NCBI RefSeq assembly: GCF_964188315.1
Contig: NC_135667.1
Span: 9,486,001 to 9,550,000, forward strand
Direction of reading: 5' to 3'
Origin: Podarcis muralis
Taxonomy: Eukaryota
Length of the DNA stretch: 64,000 nt
The translations under genes were made by a program, and so were the position numbers. How positions within the stretch are numbered: position 1 is the first letter of the stretch; each line of letters starts with the position of its first letter. The notes under the pieces are model-generated. The model did no database searches, was not told the origin of the DNA, and saw only the letters and a program-made list of their open reading frames with translations. This document shows, piece after piece, positions 1 through 12,318 of this stretch.

Positions 1-174
1 ATGACATCTCGAACCAATACCCCATTTCTCTTTTCACGAGAGCTTCTGGGTTTACCTGTATACTGTGTTCTCTAGTCAAACCGATTACTTCACTATAAGT
101 CCCCATTTCCTGTTAGAGTTTGAAATCTGGAATCAAGCTGCCATATCTCAATCCTTTAGGGAGCAGAAAAGCTT

Positions 175-807
175 AGACATGCAGTCAGTAACTGAAGAAA
201 TCATTGTACAATGTAATGAAGGATCCATTGCCATGTTTTATTGTGTCCTCAGGTACTTAGGCCTTTTGACCATTTCCAGCTTCATTATGGCATTCTTGAC
301 CCACAAGTTACCAGACAGTTTTAATGAAGCCAAGTTCATCACCTTCAGCATGTGTGATTTTGCACCCTGTGTATCTCCTTTGTTCCAACCTACCTGAGCA
401 CCCGAGGAAAATAGAAGAGAAGAAGCGTTTGGATTTGATATCCTGCTTTATCACTACCCTAAGGAATCTCAAAATGGCTAACAATCTCCTTTCTCTTCCT
501 CCCCCACAACAAACACCCTGTGAGGTGAGTGAGACTGAGAGACTTCAGAGAAGTGTGACTAGTCCAAGGTCACCCAGCAGCTGCATGTGGAGGAGCAGGG
601 AATCAAACCCGGTTCACCAGATTACGAGTCCACTGCTCTTAACCACTACACCACACTGGCTCTCTCACACTGGTGGCTGTAGAGATCTTTTCCATCTTGG
701 CTTCCAGTTCTGGTTTGCTGGGTTGCATCTTTCCCCCTAAATGCTACATCATTGTGGTAAGGCCTGAACTAAACAGCAGGGAACAACTATTAAGAAGAAA
801 GTATTAA
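175..807 (+). pseudogene. Vomeronasal type-2 receptor (class C GPCR) C-terminal 7TM fragment; frameshifted and SINE-interrupted
   Basis: Translates DMQSVTEEIIVQCNEGS...KLPDSFNEAKFITFSM, then after a frameshift FVPTYLSTRGK, [SINE ~414-664], then [44 protein letters not shown] (stop 805-807). These are hallmark V2R/CaSR-family TM5-TM7 motifs. Confidence 0.9.
414..664 (-). mobile_element. tRNA-derived SINE (Squam3/Ther1-like) inserted in the V2R coding sequence
   Basis: Reverse complement of the element at 9493-9742: tRNA-like head (AGTGTGGTGTAGTGGTTAAGAGC) and (CTT)-rich tail. Confidence 0.8.
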
Positions 808-814
808 ATGATAT

Positions 815-1176
815 GGGACGCCGGTGGCGCTGTGGGTAAAACCTCAGCACCTAGGACTTGCCGATCGCATGGTCGGCGGTTCAAATCCCCGCGGCGGGGT
901 GCACTCCCATTGCTCGGTCCCAGCGCCTGCCAACCTAGCAGTTCGAAAGCACCCCCGGGTGCAAGTAGATAAATAGGGACCGCTTACTAGCGGGAAGGTA
1001 AACGGCGTTTCTGTGTGTGGCTCTGGCTCACCAGAGTAGCTTCGTCACGCTGGCCACGTGACCCGGAAGTGTCTGCGGACAGCGCTGGCTCCCGGCCTAT
1101 AGAGTGAGATGAGCGCACAACCCTAGAGTCTGTCAAGACTGGCCCGTACGGGCAGGGGTACCTTTACCTTTACCTT
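815..1176 (+). mobile_element. Full-length Sauria SINE (Squam1-type)
   Basis: GGGACGCCGGTGGCGCTGTGGG head, (ACCTTT)n tail, 12-bp TSD ATTAAATGATAT at 803-814 and 1177-1188. Confidence 0.9.
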
Positions 1177-2112
1177 ATTAAATGATATAATACATTCTAT
1201 AATAATATTAGATGTATTAGGCATAGACTTTAGGAGCTTATGACTTACTAGAACATGGTGGTCCAATGTGTGGTGGTCCGCAAGTCTTTTTTTGGTGGCC
1301 CCAGGCAGGGTAGGGAACTTGACGTAGCTCCTGGGGTAGCGGCAGAAGTGTTGGGGATGAGGTCTGAGGGCTCTGACAGGGCTCCCACACTTCCTTCTCA
1401 AAGCCTAGCTCTAGGATTCTATCAGAGGCCTCACACATCCCTAAGGTGGGCTAAATTCCAATTAGAAGTCAGGAGATCCACCCCACCCTCTCTTTTTTTA
1501 AAGTTACTTTTGTTGCTGCATATAATATAATATGGGATAGCTGAGGAGCAATCTGGCCAAGAGAGGCCTCCTTATTGTGTTATAGAATAATCTGTGTGGA
1601 GCTTGATTACCCTCTAGTACACTTCAGACAACTTGAATAACTTCACCCAAATTACTTGATTCACTGACCTTCTAGGCTTATTGTTAGAGATATGGTGGAT
1701 ATGTGCAATAGATTAATAGTTTGTCACCTTTCGGTTATCCTTAAAGTGCAATTTGTGATGTTTGGTCTGCTCTGTGAGGCTATTAAAAACCACCACTGCA
1801 ACTTTTTTTTCTTTAAATAAGCTTCATTATATCTTGTGATAAATAGAGGATGGTGGTTTTCCTATGACAAAACAGAACCATATCCTCATTATTACCATGT
1901 TCTGCTCTGCTGAAGTTCATAGGCCATCTGCTTCCTGTCCATGCGGGAGATGGAAGAAGAAGAATCTCTGTATTATTTCTGGGTGAAAAGCTAAAAAGGC
2001 CCCTCTGTTCTGACAACAGTGTCTCTTGAGCTCCCTCACCAGACAATGCCTTTCAGAGTAGTTTCATCACAAGGGTTCTTGAATGATAGCTGGTACCCTT
2101 TCTTCCACTGTG

Positions 2113-2595
2113 TCTCTTGCACAGTAATACACAGCAGTGTCTTCAGGAGTCAGATTGTTCATCTGCAGATAAAAATTGGAGCTGTCCTTGGAGGCGGTGA
2201 AGCGTCCTTGGATTGCAGGCAAATAGTAATTGGTTTCTGAAGGTTTCCAGTAATACACCAGCCACTGCAGTCCCTTCCCTGGTTTCTGCCTTATCCAATT
2301 CATCCCAGAGTCAATCAAAACAAATCCACTTGTAGCACATTGCAGTCTGACTGATCCTCCAGGCCTTTTCAATTCTGAACCCACTTGAGTCAGAACAACC
2401 TGGGAACAGACCCCTGGAAAGGAGATTGAGAGGAGGGAATCATCTTAATCTACTTTGAGGTCTTTTACAATCAATGGGTATACAAATGCTATGAAATAAA
2501 TAAATAAAATCACCCTAATGATAATAAGAAAACTTACTGGGCAAAATAGCTTCCCACACAGCAACAATAGACATCAAAAGGAGCCAAAATTGCAT
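2113..2595 (-). CDS. IGHV: V1: IGHV segment, family Ic (short-FR3 type), apparently functional
   Basis: Leader 2595-2538 [19 protein letters not shown] (58 nt, GTAAGT donor); V exon from 2413 [22 protein letters not shown]...YYCAR; RSS CACAGTG(2112-2106)-23-TCAAGAACC(2082-2074); octamer ATGCAAAT 2739-2732; TATAAA 2713-2708. Confidence 0.93.
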
Positions 2596-3669
2596 TTTCT
2601 TTTAGTATTTGAAAGATAACTCTAAAGACAATTGCTTGTGATCTTCCTCTTGAAACAGGAGCCTTGTGGGTTGACCTACCAAATGCAGAGCAGAAAGAAC
2701 AATGCCGTTTATAGAGGTGAACGACAGTTCTATTTGCATATCCCCCAACATAAATACACAAACTAAGGGTTGCCTCAGAGTCATAATCTGGGTACTCAAA
2801 GTGTAGGCCAGTAGAGATTCTGATTTCTGTTTGTGCAATGTCCATAGTAACCAAGCAATTGATTTTGTGTTACTTTGACAGGACGAGGTATTTGATTGGT
2901 ACATGTTATGATTTGGATGTGAAGTATAAGGTTGGAAACAGAAGGAGGAGAAAGAACTACACACAATCTTTGTTGCTGCTGAATGAATGAATGTATCTGG
3001 TTGTATAGTGAAAGCACTGAAAGGTAATAGGCTAAGTTTGATGGGGGATATGTAAGGATGATACATTCTTATGTACTTGTGTACTTAAAATCACAAAGTC
3101 AATTGCCCTCATTAGGTGATTAGTTTTGGTTGTGGAGTAATTAATATGCCTCTGTCTTCTGCCTTAGAGATCCATTCACACTTCATACCTTCTTTGACTC
3201 TGACCAGGTTGTTCCAGTAACCTTCTAGGCTTATAATGATACATATTATGTACACCTGACATATAATAATATTTTGCCAATGACAATCATTATTAAGATG
3301 CACTTTGTGAGTTATACTCTGCTCTGTGTGGGTGTTAAAAACCAGCAGCACAATCTCTTTTTTCAACCACCACCACCACCTTAACTTTCTTTAATCTTCA
3401 GATAGAGGACAACGCCAAAAAAACAAAAGCATCTCTTCATTCATATTATGTCATGTTCTGGTGAAATTCGTAGGCCATCTGCTTCCTGTGTTACCCCATG
3501 TGGGAAATGGGAGAAAAAGAATCTCAGTGTTATTTATTGGTGAAAAGACAAAAAGTCCCCTCAATTCTGATGACAGTGCCTCTTGAGCTCCCCCACCAGA
3601 CAATGCCTTCTAGAGTTGCTTCACTACAAGAGTTTTTGAACGATCACATATGTATTTTCTCCCACTGTG

Positions 3670-4159
3670 TCTCTCGCACAGTAATACACAGCAGTGTCTT
3701 CAGGAGTCAGGTTGTTCATTTGCAGATAAAAATTGGAGCTGTCCTTGGAGGCGGTGAAGCGTCCTTGGATGGCAGGCAAATAGTAATTGGTTTCTGAAGG
3801 TTTCCAGTAGCTCACCAGCCATTCCAGTCCTTTCCCTGGTTTCTGCCTTATCCAGCTTATATACCAGTCATTCAGGGCAAACCCACTGATGGCGCATTTC
3901 AGTCTGACAGACTCTCCAGGTCTCTTCAGTTCTGAACCCAGTTGTGTCAGCACAACACTTTGCGAATATAAACCTGCAGAGGAAATGTGAAAAATGAAAA
4001 CAGCAGCAATTAGGATCAGATAAATTAAATTGCTTCATTCATCGTAAAGATCAATATGTAAGATATTGCCAAGGAAAACAATTTTTTCCCAGATTTAAAA
4101 AGGAGGAAAATACCTTCCCACATTGTAATGAGAATCATCAAATGAAGCCAAAGTGTCAT
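3670..4159 (-). CDS. IGHV: V2: IGHV segment, family Ic, apparently functional; tandem paralog of V1
   Basis: Leader 4159-4114 [15 protein letters not shown]; V exon from 3973; RSS CACAGTG(3669-3663)-23-TCAAAAACT(3639-3631); octamer 4299-4292. Confidence 0.93.
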
Positions 4160-4924
4160 TATTTTTAAGCGTTTGGGAGATATTATAAAAGTGATTTCTT
4201 GATATTTTCCTGAAATGGGGAGATGAAGGTTGATCCACCTAGTGTTGTTTGACTGGGACAAGGCTGATTTATAGAAGTGTCTGCTACCACTATTTGCATA
4301 TTTCTCCATAGGGCAGAAACATTCAGCGTTATAAGAATCTGCCTTATTATGAATCAGACCATTCGTCCATCTACCTGAGTACTGTATACAGTAAATGTCA
4401 GCAGCTATCTGGATTTTAGGCAGGGGTCCCAGCCCTACATAGAGATGCTGAGCTTGGAACTGGGCACCATCTGAATACAAGGGCTGTACTCTATCACTGA
4501 GTTATGGCCTTTCACATACAAGAGTCTCCTCTGAATTATTATTTTAGGTGCTCAAGATGTATATCAGGATATCCTGTTAAATCATGTCTGCACTCTTAAC
4601 GTTTTGACCTTTTTATGTTTTGGCAGGAGAGGTGACATGTTTCTTGAAAGATGTTTAAACCACTAAAAAAACGCATGGCTTGCTCTTTATAACATTGCAA
4701 TTTCCTTGCAAGTATGGTGTGTCCTGGGCCCATTATTTTTCAACATCTTTAAAAAAAGACTTGGATAGAGGAACTGAGGGGATACTAATGAAATTTTCAG
4801 ATGACACTGAACTGGGAGGGGTAGCTAATGGTACCTAATGCCTCTTAGGGATTAACAAATCCATCTATTTCTCTCAGGTTCTCATTTTTCCAAACATTAA
4901 TTGGTATTATTACTACCTTTGTTT

Positions 4925-4981
4925 CCTCCTCCTCCTCCTCCTCCTCCTCCTCCTCCTCCTCCTCCTCCTCCTCCTCCTCCT
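4925..4981. repeat. (CCT)n microsatellite
   Basis: About 19 perfect CCT units; source of the spurious poly-Pro ORF 4901-5089. Confidence 0.95.
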
Positions 4982-6278
4982 ATTAAACAGGTTCTCATTA
5001 AATGTTGTTGGCATTTTGGTGTGAATTTCTCACAATTGCACTTCATATACGTGATATTAGGTCCAATCAAAATGTTTCATCCATCTTAATTTACCCCCAT
5101 GCAGGGAGTCCATAGATGTTTGAAAACCCTTCTGAATATTGTGGGGGTGGGGAGTGGACATTTGGTTGTCGAAGGTGAAAGTATAGGTTCTAACACATAC
5201 TTTCAGTTAGAGGAAGCCAGTATGGTGCCACCCCATATGTTTTTAGACTACAATTATCATCACTCCCAGCCAGCATAGTCAATTGCCAGGGATGATGGGA
5301 GCTGTCCCCAGAATTGTTTAACCATCAATCCTCTTCCTAGGGAACTATGGAAATTGCAGTTCTGAAAGAAGTTAGGCTCTCCAAACAACTCTCAGCATCT
5401 TCAGCAAACTACAGTTCCCAGACTTATTTGTGGGAAGCTATGAATGTTAAAGGTGGGATCGTAATGAAGGTGCCAGACACATGTCCGTGCAAAGACATTT
5501 TCACAGTTTAGGGGATGCCACAAAGAATACCATCTCCCAGGCCATCCCTCCACGCAAAAAATAATAACAAAACATGGGGAGCTACCAAAATGGCCACCTC
5601 GGCCAATGTTAACAAATGAGAGGGTCTGTTGTGGTATGTTCTCAATATTCATGTGTGAAATTGTGGTGATACAGTCCCTTTAAGATTAGTTTGCGGGTCG
5701 TATGAGAATTTGTTAGGATTCCTGGAATAATGAGCCTAAACACAGATGCCTCTCATTAAGGCCTCATGGCCAGTGTCAGATAGTAATCAAAGACACGTAT
5801 TTGGAGAAGGTGCTGATTTCATTGGGTGGAAGGGGTGAACATCCATAGTCAGCGTCCCCTTAAAACTTGGGTTGGGGCGAGCATACAGAAATCTTATCGT
5901 GGACAGTCAGCACCTGTTCGGACTTTAGAGGGTATTTTGTTTTGTTTCTCAGCCTGCTAAGATTTATGCGTAAGTGTTTCTGTAGGCTAGGTAGATAAGA
6001 TAGTTTTGTTATTTTTTAGCCTCTTAATTTAAGTAATTGTTCAAAGCTTTTCCTTTTACAGAGCTTTGTTTTTAATAAAGTTTCTTGTGTATTTTTACGG
6101 AAATTGGTCTCGCTTGAGTTTCTGAACCTTCCAATCTAGACTGCACTTTTCGAAGAGGGCCATTCATCACAGAAATAGCCTAAAGATGATGGATTGCTTG
6201 TAAAAAATGAAAAGCAAAAAGTCTGCAGCAGACGCCTTCCTCTTTTTGTACAGTTCTCCTTTGCTTTGTCTCACTGTG

Positions 6279-6727
6279 GTCTTCGGGCACAGTAATATGT
6301 GGCTGTGTCTGCAGCTGTCAGGGACCTCAGCTCAAGGTAATACTCATTGCTGGAGGCATCTGCAGAGAGTGTGATCCGTCCTTGAAGAGATGGGGCATAG
6401 TCTATTCGCCATTTAGAGCCATACCAATCTATTTCTCCAAGCCATTCCAGTCCTTTCCCTGGAGATTGGCGGATCCAATCCCACAGGTTGCTGCTAACAG
6501 AATCACCACTAATAGTGCAGGTTAGCCTGAAGGATCCTCCAGGCTTTGCTGTTCTTGACCCAGATTCCATGAGCTGAACACTGGAGCGAACATCTAAAGT
6601 CAATGACAAGGGATTTTTGTTAATGACCGATATTCGATTCCAATACATTTCATTCTTCCCATTTACCTGGTAGATACTCACACAGTGGAGCTGTTAATAA
6701 GGAAAGAAAAAGAAAGGGAAGCTTCAT
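6279..6727 (-). CDS. IGHV: V3: IGHV segment (clan II-like, single copy in window), apparently functional
   Basis: Leader 6727-6682 [15 protein letters not shown]; V exon from 6593 VQLMESG...[26 protein letters not shown]...YYCAR; RSS CACAGTG(6278-6272)-22-ACAAAAAGA(6249-6241); octamer 6848-6841. Confidence 0.92.
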
Positions 6728-7063
6728 GGTGTGTAATAAGAGAAACAGTTTCCTCTGATGTGGTGATTGTTAGTCTACAGCTAACTGTAAAAAAATATGG
6801 AGTGTTTAGGTACTTAAAAGGAAATTTATTAATGCAGTGGATTTGCATGTGATTTTCATCATGCCCAAAATGCCGGTTTAAAAGAGACACCCCTCCCATG
6901 GGTTTGAGAGATACTAGTGGTTTTCTCAAAAGAATCGGGCTGCATCAGCAAGCCAGTGCTTTTGAGTTCTCCCCCATCCCCAATTTTATGCAATGTTTTG
7001 TGGTTTTAATTTTTATAAGTCAGTTGAAGACATCTACCGAGTCATGTGATTAATGGTAATAGT

Positions 7064-7211
7064 CAGTGCTTTTTTGGGAGGAGGGGTACGCAGGGGTACA
7101 CAGACCCCTAAACGTATTGTGAAGCTAAGTTTGGCCTCATTGAAGGGCAGTATTTCAATATGAACAAGAAACATTTTTTTTTATATTTTCTTTTAGAAAA
7201 AAAATGCACTG
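7064..7211. mobile_element. Non-autonomous hAT-like MITE
   Basis: Terminal inverted repeats CAGTGCTTTTTT...AAAAAATGCACTG; same TIR family as 47760-47938. Confidence 0.6.
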
Positions 7212-8589
7212 GTGATATTCCTGCTTAGAGTAGACTCATGGAAATGAATAAGCCCAAGTTAGGCATGTCCATTAACTTCATAGGATCTACATTGAGTAAG
7301 ATTATTGTTAGGTCATACAACCAGTTATTTACAATGACAGCATTGTTGTTGTTGTTTTGCCATTGCCTGTTCAGCAGTGAAAACATTGGAGGACCTTTTA
7401 TGGACTGTCAATCTCTTCCTGCAACCTTCATCCCTGAATAACAGCTGTCAACTTTTCCCTTTTATTGCGAGGAATCCTATTCGGAATAAGGGAATTTCCC
7501 TTTAAAAAAGGGAAACGTTGACAGCTATGCCCTGAATGCCCCAGACAGGCCATCATTCTGAAGAATTCTGAGGGAAGGGGAAATGACAGCTGCCACAAAA
7601 GCTATGACTACCATTTATTTCCTCACAATTTTGTTTATATTTCCCCCCATGAAATTTATTGAATCTTTCACCATACAATATAGCAAAAAACAAACTAAAT
7701 AAAAAATAAAAAAGAGAGAGAAAGAGAAAAGAAAGTGCAAAGTCCTCTCTCAAAGGTAAATCTTAATCCTTGTCTCACACAGAAGGGAGTGGACCCTGCC
7801 AGCTCACACCTGGGAGCTTCCCTTTCTTCTCCCAGCCTCCCACCCTGGGAGATCTTCCCATCCCTGTCTCTCACACAGGGTCCTTCGCCAGCTACCCATC
7901 ATCTTCATATGCTTACAGTTTCCTCAGTATCCCAGAGTACTGGACACCAAAAGAAACAAAACAGAAGGATTTATTTACAATTAAGCAGTGTATAAACTTA
8001 TTACTTTGCATTCAATTTTTTAAATAAAAAAATTGTTTTTTCCCCCTAAATTTATTGGTATCAGTAATGCAAGGCTTGAAGTCAAACAAAGTCTGAGACA
8101 TCTGTCACAAACTGACCTGGATCACCTTATGAATACACAGTGCTAACTAATAATTTCATAATCACAAACTGCTACATTTCTCTTGACTGTTTTGAGAGCA
8201 GAAGGATTTTGGACTTGTTTGAACCTTGGCCTGATCCATCAGCTGGGCTCTTCTTATATTTTCATTGTCTCTTCATGGGAAATGCAGGACAACATGGAAC
8301 ACACTGACATCTATCCCACAGTTCAAAATGTTATTCTGTGGATGTTATTCCAATGAGGTTCAAATCCTCATCCCTTTTTTTAGAAATTAGATGGTGATGA
8401 CATCCCACATTATTATATGTTCTCCAGCTGAACTCTGCTGGGCTACATACATCTGTGCTATATGCATTTGTTTGTGGTTTGCCTCCTGTTTTTGCTGTGT
8501 GTCTACTTCCCCCTTTCCATGAACAGAAAAAGTACAATCAAGAAGACTGAAGATTTTGTCCGCTGACTGCTAGCTTTTCAGTCACTGTG

Positions 8590-9168
8590 TCTCTAGCACA
8601 ATAGTACAAGCCTGAATCTTCCACCTTCAAACCACTCATCTGCAAGTAGAGTGTGCTGATGGAATTGTCCCTGGAGATAGTAAATCGACCCTTAACTGAG
8701 TCAGCATAGTGTGTAGAAGTGGTAGCAATATAGGCAATCCATTCCAATCCCTTTCCAGGAGCCTGTCGCACCCAGTTCATGTTGTAGCTGCTGAAGGTGA
8801 ACCCAGAGGTTTGGCAGATGAGGCGGAGGGACTCTCCTGGTCTTTTTACGTCCCCTCCAGATTCTTCCAGTTGAATCTCTGATTGGACATCTAGAAAGAA
8901 AGAGATGTTATAAATTCTGCTTCAGATTAATAATATCTGAACCTGTAGCCCTCTGGTCATTGTTGGGCTCCCATCACCCCCAGTCAGGAATGCCAGCAGT
9001 CCAGAATTATGGGAGTTGCAGCAGACTAATGACATCTGTATGGTCACAGTTTCCCTGTCCCTGCATTAGCCCCTAGAGCATACTGTTCTTTTGCGTGCTA
9101 ACTGCATCTAATGGATAATTACCTCTGATGGCTGCTGAAAATAAAACAAAATAAATCCACAGAAGCAT
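8590..9168 (-). CDS. IGHV: V4: IGHV segment (clan III-like), apparently functional
   Basis: Leader 9168-9123 [15 protein letters not shown]; 232-nt intron; V exon from 8890 [22 protein letters not shown]...YYCAR; RSS CACAGTG(8589-8583)-23-ACAAAATCT(8559-8551); variant octamer ATGTAAAT 9308-9301. Confidence 0.92.
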
Positions 9169-9492
9169 TTCTCCCCGGTGATGTTTTGAAACAAATTAAG
9201 AAGAAACTTGACACTGGCTAACAGGGTTGTGAATCTCTATACATGTATCTCTTATAGGCAGGGAAGGTGTGTGACTGATTTATAGAGGAAGCTAGGCCAC
9301 ATTTACATAAAGCTCAGTATAGAAGAGCAACACAGCCTCTTCACCTTTCGTGATTGAGGAGAGATGATTGGCCACCGCTTGCTGTTTCCATGAGATGGCA
9401 TTGGGCAGTAATGATTATTTCCATGGATATGATTGAAAATCAGGTTTAGGTTAAAATTTACTTGGAATAAAAGCACATTAGGTCTGCAATGG

Positions 9493-9742
9493 AAGAATAC
9501 AGTGTGGTGTAGTAGTTAAGAGCGATATTCTCGTAATCTGGGGGACTGGGTTCGAAACCCCGCTCCTCCACCTGCAGCTGCTGGGTGACCTTGGGCTAGT
9601 CACACTTCTCTGAAGTCTCTCAGCCCCACTCACCTCACAGAGTGTTTGTTGTGGGGGAGGAAGGGAAAGGAGAATTTTAGCTGCTTTGAGACTCCTTTGG
9701 GTAGTGATAAAGCAGGATATCAAATCCAAACTCTTCTTCTTA
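9493..9742 (+). mobile_element. tRNA-derived SINE (Squam3/Ther1-like)
   Basis: AGTGTGGTGTAGTAGTTAAGAGC...GGTTCGAAACCC A/B-box head and CTCTTCTTCTT tail. Confidence 0.8.
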
Positions 9743-10524
9743 TATCTGGCTTGAATAGCTTTCAGGTAAATTTAACCTGGTCAGTCCAACACAGACCAAG
9801 ATCCCTGAAACGGAAGAAACAGGAAAAAAAGCTATGGGATGCATTTTTACAAATGACCCCTGGAAAGATGACATACAAGCAAGTCAATAGGCACAAAACC
9901 TTGTTCCGGTTCCCATTTCTTGATGAAGAGGTTTTCTCAATGTATACATTAATTCCACACTTTAGTCTATTGCTGCTGGCACAGGTGAGAAGGGGAGCAG
10001 TGGAGAGGTTTGGACCTTGGGAAGCCAGGCTCTTGGATAGAGATGGGGAAACTCAGGTTTAGGGGTCAAATATGGCATGCCAAGCTTCTTTGTCCCATGC
10101 ACTCTTCCCATGCCAACACACCCTCTCCTTGGGCCATGCCCCTCCTTGGGCCTTGCTTCACATCTCCATTGAGTGTCTTTCTCTGGATGGATTGTGTTTT
10201 GCTATGTGGCCTGCAGGACCTTGCCACTTCTAGGTCTGGCCCATCAGCCAGATCCACTTCTCTCCCCACAGGATGCTCTACCACTTGGGATAACATGGGG
10301 ATACTCTGCATGATATACGGTATTTGGAGAATCTTTATTCAAAAGAATAGCAAAAGAACAGCAGGAATGTTGCATTGTGTATTCCATGAGAGGTTTGAAA
10401 AATGGAGAAGCTGAAAGAGGATCCTGTTTGGGGCTGGTGCACACAAAAAACCCATGCAAGGCTGACCCCTCATTTTCTGGAGGGTAGATTTTGTACTGCC
10501 TCTTAGAGGAATTTGCTCAGTGTG

Positions 10525-10976
10525 GGTGCATCTCTCGAACAACAATACATGGCAGCCTTCAGGGAGTTGAGTTGCAAGAGCACTTGATTTCTGGCAATGT
10601 CTCTTGTGATGCTGATCCAGTTTTGGAAAGTGTTGTTATAATATGTCTTCCCATTACCCTGGATGAGTCCAACCCACTTCCATCCCTTCCCTGGTGACTG
10701 ACTGATCCAATGTACACCAAAACTGTCTACAGAAAATCCAGACACTGTACGGGTCAGCTGTAGAGTCTCCCCACTTTGTTTCATTCCACCACCTGCTGCT
10801 GCATAAGACTGTAGTGAGATACCTGCATGACAGGAAAGAATATATAGACAGTAAAAAATGCATATGAGTAATAGGTAGCACATCATCAAGATTGTCATCT
10901 GCACAAAGGAAGAAATTAACCCTTTCTTACATGCAGGGATGCTCATTAAGATACTTATCAAGAGCTTCAGTTTCAT
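10525..10976 (-). pseudogene. IGHV: V5: IGHV family IV open-frame pseudogene
   Basis: Leader 10976-10931; V exon from 10822; first conserved Cys replaced by Arg (LQLTRTVS); ~3-residue FR3 deletion (LNSLKAAMYCC); degenerate RSS CACACTG(10524-10518)-23-ACAAAATCT(10494-10486); octamer 11059-11052 intact. Confidence 0.85.
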
Positions 10977-12244
10977 GATTCTGATAGATGGTATTAACTC
11001 CTATCACTGGAAGAACCTTGAGTTGCATCAAACAAGCCATGCCATACAATCATTTGCATTATGCCATGAGTACTACTCTTATAAGAGACTTGAAAAATGC
11101 AAACCTCCTCCCCACACCACTGAATCATCCAAAGAATTGCTTTGTAAAAAAAATAAATATGTAGGAGGAAATGCCACTGGACATAGTTTCCGTGGCTCCC
11201 TGAATCCTGAACCAACAGCTTAAAAATTAGGTACAATTGCAACATATACTTTAAATAGCATTATTGTTATTGATACACTGGCTCTATGTTTTTATGCAAA
11301 TTCATTGGAATGGGTAAGTTTAATGTAATGTGATCTTGCCAGTCTTGCTATTAATAGTGTCTGCTGCCTCTAAGCCAGGAGTGAGGAACTGCAGGCCCAG
11401 GGGGCAAATGTGGCCCTCCAAACCTCTCCATCTAGCCTTTCGGACTCTCCCCAGGACACCTTCCTCACCAAGCCTTTTCCTAACTTATACATGGACATTT
11501 GACAATAAAGAGTTAATTCCTTACTCTGGACATTCCTTGCCTGACAATGCCAGGATGGGGAAATCAAATGAACCTTATCCAATAGCTGAAGTGGGATTCA
11601 AAGGTCAATGTGGAGGGGGAAGGGTGGGTGCAGACCCCTGGAGACTCCAGAGAGCAGCAGCTGCCATTTCCTCTCAAGGGGTGGGAGACCAGCAGTGCCT
11701 CCTATTCACCAAGAGGCCACTGTAGAGGCGATATTCATGTTGGAGGGACCGTAGTGGCAGGCTGCCAAGGAAGAGACAGATCCAGTCACCAAGGAGTCTG
11801 TCTCAGCCACAGATGCCACTGTGGCGGCAACAGCAGGTGATGCATTCCTTGAAGGATTCATTCCTGCAAGGATGCATTTCTGTTGATCCAACATACAGAG
11901 GCAGTGACCTCACCTTTGCCTCCTAGATGGGCCAACCCTGGCAGGTTGTATCCCTATGGGAATAAATTCTGTGAAGATACAGAAATGAAACCATTATTTA
12001 TGCTGTGGAATGAGAAGGCACTTTGCATGTCCACAAGAGCTTGCTAGGAGGCAACTAAAACTGGGAGAACCCTACTGATTTCTTTGCTCCCAGGGGCATG
12101 GAGGTTAGGATAATGCATTTGGGGGCTAGGTTAAGGGGTTTCTGCCACCTTTGAGGTTGGATTGGGAACTAATGTAGAGAGACTGCAAAAGTATGTATTA
12201 ATTTGTGGTTTACTCAGTACAGTCATTTGAACTGAAAGCTCTTC

Positions 12245-12259
12245 AGTGCCACCTGCAGT
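12245..12259 (-). promoter_or_regulatory. Putative CTCF-binding element downstream of the V6 RSS
   Basis: ACTGCAGGTGGCACT matches the CTCF core CCASYAGRKGGCRC; 20 bp 3' of the nonamer. Confidence 0.65.
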
Positions 12260-12318
12260 CTTTTAATTTAACACACAAAGGTTTTTGTCTGAGCTCGAGT
12301 TCAGTTTCCACCACTGTG

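Noticed and set aside
815-900. tRNA genes at SINE heads (also 9493, 16500-16584, 41030-41100, 45362)
   Set aside because: The A/B-box heads continue into SINE bodies with tails, several with clear target duplications; no complete cloverleaf.
4901-5089. Poly-proline ORF
   Set aside because: Translation of a (CCT)n microsatellite. The poly-Ile, poly-Val/Leu and poly-Met/Asp ORFs at 15009, 46008, 46052, 31579 and 31662 are similar artefacts.
6681-6687. Plus-strand CACAGTG at the V3 leader donor as a 5' RSS
   Set aside because: No nonamer at 12 or 23 bp (AGGAAAGAA, AGAAAGGGA); it overlaps the splice donor by chance.
12243-12318. Conserved read-through tail of family Ia ([24 protein letters not shown])
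   Set aside because: Short, and explained by conservation of the RSS and CTCF-like motif at DNA level.
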